From contig JANPEF010000131.1 of assembly GCA_031431875.1 (NCBI GenBank), positions 1 through 52,637 of the forward strand: a stretch of DNA of 52,637 nt, given 5' to 3'. Source of the stretch: Candidatus Eiseniibacteriota bacterium. GTDB taxonomy: Bacteria; Eisenbacteria; RBG-16-71-46; DASYSL01. Positions 1-9,094 of this stretch are shown here, piece by piece. A program made the position numbers and the translations under genes. The notes below the pieces were generated by a model. That model had not been told where the DNA came from and did no database searches. It was given only the letters and a program-made list of their open reading frames with translations. Each line of letters begins with the position of its first letter. Within the stretch, counting starts at the first letter, position 1.

Positions 1-1
1 A

Positions 2-961
2 CGCGAACTCGCGACCCGGCCCGATGAGGCCGCGGCGGGCGACAGCGGATGGGGCGCCGCACTCGCGACGACGCCCGAGGCGCGCGGCGGCGACGTGCCG
101 CGCATCGAGGTCCACCCGGGCTTCGTGCTCGTCCCGCTGAGGACGCCCACACTGCCACCGGCCACGCACACCAATTGCATTGTCATCGGCGGCCCCGAGC
201 TCCTGATCGTCGATCCCGGCAGCGCTGATCCGGCCGAGCAGGAGGCGCTCGACGCCGCGCTCGACCGCCTGCTCGCCGAGGGCCGCCGCGTGCACGGCGT
301 GTTGGTCACGCACCATCACGGCGATCACTGGGGCGGGGTCGCGGCGGTGCGTGCCCGCTTCGGCTGCCCGGTGTTCGCGCATGCGTGGACGGCGGCGAAG
401 GTCGGCGCGGATCACGTTCTCGAAGGCGGTGAAGTGATCGAGCTCGCGGCGGGCCTGCCCGCGGTGCATGGCCTCCCGGCCGACGCGATGCGACCGTGGC
501 GCCTCGAGGTGCTGCACACGCCGGGGCACACGCCGGGCCACCTCGCGCTGTGGGACGCGGTGTCGGGGACGATCGTGGCGGGGGACCTGGTCTCGGGACT
601 GTCGACGATCGTGATCGACCCGCCCGAGGGCGACATGGGCGCCTATCTCGCGTCGCTCGAGGTGCTGCGCGAGCTGCCCGCGACGCTGCTGCTGCCCGGG
701 CATGGGCCCCCGATCGGCGGTCCGGCGCATCGCCTGGGCTACTACCGGAAGCATCGCCTCGACCGGGAGCGCCGGGTGCTCCGTGCGCTCGATGAGCCGC
801 GGACGCTCGGGGAGCTGGTGCCGCTGGCCTATGACGACACTCCGGGGGCCGATCCAGCGCTGGCGGCGCGCTCGGCGCTGGCCCACCTCATTCATCTGCA
901 GGCCGCCGGAAGAGTCGAGGAGCGGGTGGACGGTCGATGGTGTATTCTCGCCCGGCCATGA
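2..961 (+). CDS. MBL-fold metallo-hydrolase (LACTB2-like), 5'-truncated by the window edge
   Basis: THHHGDH metal motif, HTPGHTPGH, GD and PGHG motifs, and a C-terminal AHLIHL winged-helix-like tail. The frame is open from position 2, so the true start probably lies upstream of the window. Confidence 0.85.
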   Translation, partial: RELATRPDEAAAGDSGWGAALATTPEARGGDVPRIEVHPGFVLVPLRTPTLPPATHTNCIVIGGPELLIVDPGSADPAEQEALDAALDRLLAEGRRVHGVLVTHHHGDHWGGVAAVRARFGCPVFAHAWTAAKVGADHVLEGGEVIELAAGLPAVHGLPADAMRPWRLEVLHTPGHTPGHLALWDAVSGTIVAGDLVSGLSTIVIDPPEGDMGAYLASLEVLRELPATLLLPGHGPPIGGPAHRLGYYRKHRLDRERRVLRALDEPRTLGELVPLAYDDTPGADPALAARSALAHLIHLQAAGRVEERVDGRWCILARP

Positions 962-1734
962 ACCGGACCCCATCCTTGCGCATTCCTCTCCACGCGTTCG
1001 GCTTCCTTGCAGCGCTCGGGCTCGCCTCGTGCTCGTCGGACGAGACGACGCCGCTGGCACCGATGCCCCCGGGCGACGATGGCCCGCCGGTCAACGCCGT
1101 CACCGTGGTCGGACAGCCGCGCGTCGCCGTCGCGCTCGATGGCGGCATGACCGAGCGGCTCTCCGGCGGCCCGCTCACGGGTGTGTTCCGCGTCATCCTC
1201 TCCGACTCGATCGGCCGCCGGGTGTTCCTGCCCGACGTGCGCCTGCAGGATTCGGCGATGGTCGAGGAGCGCGACATCTTCGACAACCCGAGCCAGTACA
1301 CCCTGCAGGTCGAGGCCAAGCTGCCCACGCTTCGGCTGCGCGACACGCTGCGCTTCGAGGTCCGTGACGGGGGGGCGATCACGACTCCGTTCACCATCCG
1401 CATCACCCCGTCGCAGCTCACCCTGTTCCCGGACTCGACGGTGATCACCGGGCGCGACGACATCGAAGTTCCGTGGTCCGGCCGGGTCGAGCGCGTCATC
1501 CTCGCGCTGACCGACTCGCGAGGTACGCGCGTACGCACCGTGTTCCAGCTCGAGAACTACTCGGGGCTGCGGCACGTCGTCATCCCGGCGCGCGACCTGG
1601 CGCTGCTCCAGCCGGGCGTCATCACCGTGGGAACGAACGTTCTCGATACCGAGGTTCGCGCCAATACCGGCGTGCCGCGCCTCTCCGTTTCGCACGAGAC
1701 GAGCCAACGTCGCGCCTGGATCCTCCAGCCCTGA
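958..1734 (+). CDS. Hypothetical lipoprotein
   Basis: ATGA overlap with the upstream stop (958-961). Hydrophobic signal ending in lipobox LASC, followed by a beta-rich mature region. Confidence 0.7.
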   Translation: MNRTPSLRIPLHAFGFLAALGLASCSSDETTPLAPMPPGDDGPPVNAVTVVGQPRVAVALDGGMTERLSGGPLTGVFRVILSDSIGRRVFLPDVRLQDSAMVEERDIFDNPSQYTLQVEAKLPTLRLRDTLRFEVRDGGAITTPFTIRITPSQLTLFPDSTVITGRDDIEVPWSGRVERVILALTDSRGTRVRTVFQLENYSGLRHVVIPARDLALLQPGVITVGTNVLDTEVRANTGVPRLSVSHETSQRRAWILQP

Positions 1735-3524
1735 CCACCCGGTCGGCGCGCACGGTCGCGGCGACGTTCACCGTGGCGCTGCTCGCCTGGGGCGTGACGC
1801 CGTTCCTCTCCGACATGCGCTTCTGGGGCATTTCGTGGCTTCGCTTCGGCCCGCCCGCAGGCTGGGTGCTGTGGACCGCCGCTGCGGCCTGCCTGGTGCC
1901 CGCCGCCGCGCGTCCGCTCGCCCGGGCCGCCGGCAGGCTCGGCGATGCTCTCTTCTCCCGTCCGCTCGCGTGCGTCGCAGCCGTGGGTGCGGGCCTGGCG
2001 GCGCTCGTCCTGGCCCTTCCGGATCGAACGCTCTTCGTCGGTGATGCGCTCCTGCGTCGCGGTACGCTCGAGACGGCTGCCCGCGCGGAACTGCTCTACC
2101 CGCAGGCGCTGCCGCTCGAACTGCTTCTCCACGTGGACCTGCCGCGCGCGCTCGCTGCGGCGGGCATGGGCGAGGCCGCGCAGGGCGCCCGCGTCGAGGG
2201 TGCGCTCCTTGCCGGGCTGCTCGTCGCCGCCGCCGTCGCGTTCGTGCACGCGCTCGGCGTCCGCGGCGCCGCGGCGGCCGGGGCTCTTGCACTCGTCGTC
2301 GGCGGGGGCTGGCTCGGACTGTTCACCGGCTACGCGAAGTCGTTCCCGACGCTCGTCGTTCTCGTCGTCGCGGCCGCTGCGGCCGCCGTGCGCCTTGCCC
2401 GCGATGACCGGCGGGGCGGGCTCGCGCTCGGCCTTGCCATCGCTCTCGCGGTCGCCCTGCACCGCGCCGGGCTGGCGCTCCTGCCCCTTGGCGCGCTCGC
2501 GGTGATCGACGCCCTCACCCGGCCCACGACGGGGACGACCGGCCGCCTGCGGCCGGCGCTGGCGATCACGGCGCCGATCGCACTTGTGCTCGTCGCGGTC
2601 GCGCCGCGTCTCCTGTCGACCATCGGCGGGTACGACCTCGGGTCGCACTTCGCGGCGGAGGACGTGCGTCGGGCGGGGGGTCCGTGGCGGGCCGCGCTCG
2701 CCGGCCATCGCCCGGGCGACCTGTTCAACCTGTTCACGTTCCTCACCCCGGGCGCATGGCTCGTGCCGTTGCTGCTCGCGGCAACGGCGGGCCGCTCGCT
2801 CGCGACGCGCGAGGGCGTGGCGCTCGTTGCGCTGGCGGCGCCGTTCGTCTTCCAGGCGTTGGTCGTCCATCCGGCGCAGGGACTGTTCCGCGACGTCGAC
2901 GTGTTCGCGCCGGCCGGGGTCGCGGTCGCCTGCCTGGCGGCGTATCTCCTGGTGCGTGGGCTCGGGGAGGAAACCAGGACGCTGCGCGCCTCGCGCGCAG
3001 GACAGGACATCGCCTTCGCCGCCGCGGTGGTCGTCCCGCTGGCGCTCGCCGTGATTCCGCTCGGGACCATGGCCGATGCGACGCGCGGCCTCGCGCGCGC
3101 CGAGGCATTCGCGCGCGAGCGGCCGGAGCGGACGGCGGTCGAGCGCGCGAAGACGTGGGACTTCCTCGGGGCGGCGTGGTACCGGCAGGGCCGGCCGGCG
3201 GATGCGGCGCGGGCATTCGCCGCGGCCGCGGAGTCCTCGCGCAACCCGCGGCTCTACCTGCAGCAGGCGCGCGCAGCGCGCGACGCAGGGGACCTGGCAC
3301 AGGCCCAGGCGGCGTACGAGAGCGCGCTCGCGGTCGCACCGCGCGAGGAGGCGGCGTGGCTGGGGCTGGGTGCGGTCGCCTGGCAAAGGGGCGATGCGCG
3401 GGTGGCGCTGCGTGCGGCACGCGCGCTGGTCGAACTCGCGCCCGCCGATTCGGCGCGGCGCGCAGGGCTTGCGGCGGTGGAAGAGGCGATCGCCGGGCGC
3501 GCCGCAATCACGCCTTTGCGCTGA
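1731..3524 (+). CDS. Polytopic membrane protein with C-terminal TPR repeats (possibly GT-C glycosyltransferase-like)
   Basis: Many hydrophobic helices, then TPR-like repeats (WDFLGAAWYRQGRPADAARAF, AWLGLGAVAWQRGD). Start uncertain: CTG 1731 overlapping the upstream TGA, or GTG 1773. Confidence 0.65.
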   Translation: MTTRSARTVAATFTVALLAWGVTPFLSDMRFWGISWLRFGPPAGWVLWTAAAACLVPAAARPLARAAGRLGDALFSRPLACVAAVGAGLAALVLALPDRTLFVGDALLRRGTLETAARAELLYPQALPLELLLHVDLPRALAAAGMGEAAQGARVEGALLAGLLVAAAVAFVHALGVRGAAAAGALALVVGGGWLGLFTGYAKSFPTLVVLVVAAAAAAVRLARDDRRGGLALGLAIALAVALHRAGLALLPLGALAVIDALTRPTTGTTGRLRPALAITAPIALVLVAVAPRLLSTIGGYDLGSHFAAEDVRRAGGPWRAALAGHRPGDLFNLFTFLTPGAWLVPLLLAATAGRSLATREGVALVALAAPFVFQALVVHPAQGLFRDVDVFAPAGVAVACLAAYLLVRGLGEETRTLRASRAGQDIAFAAAVVVPLALAVIPLGTMADATRGLARAEAFARERPERTAVERAKTWDFLGAAWYRQGRPADAARAFAAAAESSRNPRLYLQQARAARDAGDLAQAQAAYESALAVAPREEAAWLGLGAVAWQRGDARVALRAARALVELAPADSARRAGLAAVEEAIAGRAAITPLR

Positions 3525-3903
3525 CCTCCTCGACGAGCGCGGCGAAGCGATTCATCACCGCCGAGCGGGGGACGACGCGCGTGCAGCCGGCCGCGAGAGC
3601 GCGCTCGCGGATCGCGACGTCGACGTGTGAATGAAACCCGAGCGTCGGTGGTGCTGCGTCGCGCGTCGCCAGCGCGGTGAGCAAGGTGAAGGCGGCGTTG
3701 TCGCGCGCGTGCAGGTCGAGCAGGACGAGGCGCGGAGGGGTCGCGGCGTCGGCGATCGCCGACAGTGCCGCGGCGAGCGCGGCCGGATCGGTGAAGTTGC
3801 GCAGAACGACGCCGGCCGCACGCGCCAGCGCCTCCAGCCGGACGCGCAGGAACAGGTCCAGAACCAGCGACCAGACTGCGCTTTCTGCGGGCTCTTGACT
3901 CAA
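3508..3903 (-). CDS. Stand-alone atypical receiver-domain protein
   Basis: CheY-like pattern LVLLDL...TLGFHSH...ALAAGCTRVVPR. Start is uncertain. Confidence 0.65.
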   Translation of the reverse strand: MSQEPAESAVWSLVLDLFLRVRLEALARAAGVVLRNFTDPAALAAALSAIADAATPPRLVLLDLHARDNAAFTLLTALATRDAAPPTLGFHSHVDVAIRERALAAGCTRVVPRSAVMNRFAALVEEVSAKA

Positions 3904-4020
3904 AGTTCACCCTCCATGCAGGCGGCCTCCGTTACTTTCACCCGGTCCGCGCGTCGTGCCCGTGACGCTCGCCCCACCCTGGAATCGGTCCCGAGTTTGC
4001 CACCCCCGAGAGGCTTCATC

Positions 4021-5406
4021 ATGCCACGCTTGCGTCCCTGGATCATCGTCGCCGTGCTCGCCGTCGTGGGGGCCGCCGCGTTCTTCGTCCTGCGCGGCCG
4101 TGAGGGCTCCGCCGAGAAGTGGCGGACCCAGGCCGTCGACCGTGGCGCCGTCGAGGTCACCGTCTCCGCGACGGGCACGATCCAGCCGGTCGAGAAGGTC
4201 GAAGTGGGCAGCCAAGCCTCGGGTACCCTGTCGTGGCTGGGCGCCGACTTCAATGACCGAGTGCGCAAGGGGCAGGTCATCGCCCAGCTCGAGCCGTCTT
4301 CGTACCGGACCGCGGTCGCGCAGTCCGAGGCGAATCTCGCGCGTGCGCAGGCGGCTTTCTCCGAGGCGTCGCGGAACTTCGAGCGCTCGCGTGAGCTCAA
4401 GGAGCGCAACGTGATCGCGCAGGTCGACCTCGACGCCGCCGAGGCGGCGTTCGATCAGCGCAAGGCCGAGGTCAAGCAGGCCCAGGCTTCGCTGCAGAGC
4501 GCGCGCGTGAACCTGGGCTACACCACGATCACCTCGCCGATCGACGGCGTCATCATCGCGCGTGCGGTCGACATCGGGCAGACGGTCGCGGCCTCGCTGT
4601 CGGCGCCCAAATTGTTCCAGATCGCGGGCGATCTCACCCGCATGCAGGTCGAGACCAAGATCGACGAGGCCGACATCGGTCGCGTCGCCCCCGGGCTCTC
4701 CGCGACATTCACCGTCGACGCCTTCCCCGAGGACACGTTCGAGGGCACCGTGCGCCAGGTCCGGCTCGAGCCCCTGATCGAGCAGAACGTCGTCACCTAC
4801 ACGACCGTGATCGACGTGTCGAATCCGGAGCTCAAGCTCAAGCCCGGCATGACGGCGAACGTCACCATCCGCATCGAGAAGAAGGACGACGTTCTGCGCG
4901 TGCCCAACGCCGCGCTGCGCTTCCGTCCTCCAGAGACGCCCGGAAAGGGCGGTTCGACCGGCGGGGGTGCGCGCACGGCCGGTGCGAGTGCGACGGCTGC
5001 CGGTGGTGCCGGTGGCGCACAGGCGGCAGCGGGGGAGGGTCGGCCGCGGGGACGTCGTCCCGGCGGCGCGGGTGGGGACTCCACCGGCGCACGGCGCGGC
5101 CCGGCCGAGGGTCATCAGGAAAACTCCGCCTCCGGCGGAGCTGGCGGAGCTGGCGGAGCTCCCGACGGCAAGCGCCAGATGGTCTACACGCTCGGCGCCG
5201 AGGGCAAGCTCGAGCCGAGGCGCGTGGCCACAGGCATCACCGACGGCACGCACACCGAGCTGCGCTCGCGCGAGCTCGCCGAAGGCGCACTCGTCGTCAC
5301 CGGTGCAATGCCGAAGAAGGGCCAGGCGGCAGGCACGGGGACGGCTCCCCCCGGCATGGGCGGACCCGGCGGCCAGCGCGGCGGCGGTGGAATGCGGCGG
5401 TTCTGA
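4021..5406 (+). CDS. MacA-like efflux periplasmic adaptor (membrane fusion protein)
   Basis: N-terminal TM anchor, ATGTIQP..VEVGSQASG, coiled coil, TITSPIDG, IDEADIG, LKPGMTANV. Confidence 0.92.
   Translation: MPRLRPWIIVAVLAVVGAAAFFVLRGREGSAEKWRTQAVDRGAVEVTVSATGTIQPVEKVEVGSQASGTLSWLGADFNDRVRKGQVIAQLEPSSYRTAVAQSEANLARAQAAFSEASRNFERSRELKERNVIAQVDLDAAEAAFDQRKAEVKQAQASLQSARVNLGYTTITSPIDGVIIARAVDIGQTVAASLSAPKLFQIAGDLTRMQVETKIDEADIGRVAPGLSATFTVDAFPEDTFEGTVRQVRLEPLIEQNVVTYTTVIDVSNPELKLKPGMTANVTIRIEKKDDVLRVPNAALRFRPPETPGKGGSTGGGARTAGASATAAGGAGGAQAAAGEGRPRGRRPGGAGGDSTGARRGPAEGHQENSASGGAGGAGGAPDGKRQMVYTLGAEGKLEPRRVATGITDGTHTELRSRELAEGALVVTGAMPKKGQAAGTGTAPPGMGGPGGQRGGGGMRRF
5134..5160 (+). repeat. Three 9-bp tandem repeats (GGCGGAGCT) encoding GGA-GGA-GGA within the adaptor
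   Basis: Exact copies at 5134, 5143 and 5152. Confidence 0.9.
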
Positions 5407-5407
5407 G

Positions 5408-7401
<1,994 letters not shown>

Positions 7402-7440
7402 CACTCAGGGTCCGGCCCGGCTGGTGCGAGCCCGCAGCAG

Positions 7441-7481
7441 AAAAAACGAGGGGCGCCCCGCGTGTGCGGAGCGCCCCTTCG
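7441..7481 (-). terminator. Intrinsic terminator between convergent genes
   Basis: GC-rich stem GGGGCGC..CCGC/GCGG..GCGCCCC followed by T6 on the minus strand (A6 at 7441-7446). Confidence 0.8.
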
Positions 7482-7513
7482 GCTTGAAGCGCCGACCCGG
7501 AGTTACTCCCGGA

Positions 7514-8098
7514 TCAGAAGTACCAGCGGAAACCGATCGACGACGCGCCGGTCGTCAGGCCGGTCGTCGCGAAGTTCGTCGTGCCGTCCGGCTCGGCGCC
7601 GCGGACGCCACCCGGAGACACGCCGTGGCCCGAGGTGATACCGACGCCGTGGCCGAAGCTCAGCGAGAGGTTGTCCGTCGCGTGCCACTCAGCGCCGAGC
7701 ATCGCGCCGAAGCGGGTGTCCGTGACGCTCTCGCTCGTGACCGGATCGGTTCCGTTGTCGATGAAGTACGGGACCGACGTCATGCTGAAGCTCGGGCGGA
7801 CGAAGAAGTCGGCGCGGTCGGTCTTGACCAGGTTGTACTGGAGACCGAGCTCGAACGTGAACTGCCCATTCGAAGCGGTGGCAGCGGGATCGGAGCTGGC
7901 GTAGTCCGGACCCTCGTCTGTCCGATAGCCGAAACCGCCGTCGAGGCCGACCTTGGGGGTCATCATGTAGCGGACGCCGATCGGGGCATCCTCGAAGAAG
8001 TAGCCGAGAGCCCACTGCTTGCTGTGATCCACGGCATGGGACGTTGCAGGGACGAACAGCATGGCGAACGCCGCCACGGCAAGAAAGCGCTTCAACAT
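7514..8098 (-). CDS. Small outer-membrane beta-barrel protein
   Basis: AGGAGG RBS, Sec signal peptide, alternating beta-strands, C-terminal beta-signal GFRWYF. Confidence 0.8.
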   Translation of the reverse strand: MLKRFLAVAAFAMLFVPATSHAVDHSKQWALGYFFEDAPIGVRYMMTPKVGLDGGFGYRTDEGPDYASSDPAATASNGQFTFELGLQYNLVKTDRADFFVRPSFSMTSVPYFIDNGTDPVTSESVTDTRFGAMLGAEWHATDNLSLSFGHGVGITSGHGVSPGGVRGAEPDGTTNFATTGLTTGASSIGFRWYF

Positions 8099-8260
8099 TC
8101 AGGGACCTCCTGTTTGGGACCACCCGGTGTCGTGAGCGTTCGCTCGCGGTTACGGGCCGGCGCGAAGATACAGCACTTCGGAGTCTCGCAAGGCGAAAGC
8201 CTTGCGAGAGAATCGTTCAGGAAATGTTAAATCAACACAATCCCCAGCATCCGGTAAGAT

Positions 8261-9094
8261 TTAGCCGGCGACCACCGGGGCGCTCAGAAACATCTCCACG
8301 GCATCGTTAAACTCTTGTGGAAATGAAAGATAGGGCATATGCGTCCCCGGAATAACGGCCACCGGACGCTCGCTCAGGCGCTCCCAGGCAAGGATCACGT
8401 CGCGCGGGGTGACGGCGCTCTCGCGAGCTCCCTGGACGACGAGCGCCGGGCGGGAGGCGGGCTCCGGCAGCCGTCGCCAGTCCCAGTCGCGCAGGCCGGC
8501 GAGCCGGCGGAAGAAGGGTCCGAGCTCGGTATCACTCACCCGCCCGGCCAGCAGCATCAGCTCTTCCTGCGAGAGATCCGGCTCGACGGAGTAGATGCGG
8601 CGCTCGGCGAGGACCCGCGCAACGTCTCCACGCGAGTTCTCGGGCGCGAACTTCATGAGGGCGCCCCCGACCAGCCAGCCGGGCCCGAATGCGGCGCGCC
8701 ACGGGCCGTGGTGGACGACCGGTGGGGCGGTCCACACCTGGCGACGGACCCGCTCGGGCACCCGGTGCGTGGTGTGCGCCACCACGCAGGATCCGAACGA
8801 CGCTCCAAGCAGGTCGGCGCACTCGATCGACAGCGCGTCGAGCACCGCGAGGAGGTCGCGCGACGACGACTCGATCGGCTCGACGGCAGGGGCCTGGGCC
8901 GGGTTCAGGTTGGTCGCGACGACGTCCGTGTGCGCGGAGAAGGCGCGGACCTGGTGATGAAACGTGCCGCGCGGTCCGCCGATCCCGGGGACGAGGACGA
9001 GGGGCGGGCGTCCGGCCGGATGGCGGGCGCGGACGACCTCGACCTCGAACGAGCCGCCGGACGGCATCGTCAGGAGCTGCGTCCCCTCGATCAA
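8261..9094 (-). CDS. Alpha/beta-fold hydrolase
   Basis: LVLVPGIGG, GASFG nucleophile elbow, C-terminal GTHMPY. TTG start overlaps the upstream TGA. Confidence 0.85.
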   Translation of the reverse strand: MIEGTQLLTMPSGGSFEVEVVRARHPAGRPPLVLVPGIGGPRGTFHHQVRAFSAHTDVVATNLNPAQAPAVEPIESSSRDLLAVLDALSIECADLLGASFGSCVVAHTTHRVPERVRRQVWTAPPVVHHGPWRAAFGPGWLVGGALMKFAPENSRGDVARVLAERRIYSVEPDLSQEELMLLAGRVSDTELGPFFRRLAGLRDWDWRRLPEPASRPALVVQGARESAVTPRDVILAWERLSERPVAVIPGTHMPYLSFPQEFNDAVEMFLSAPVVAG

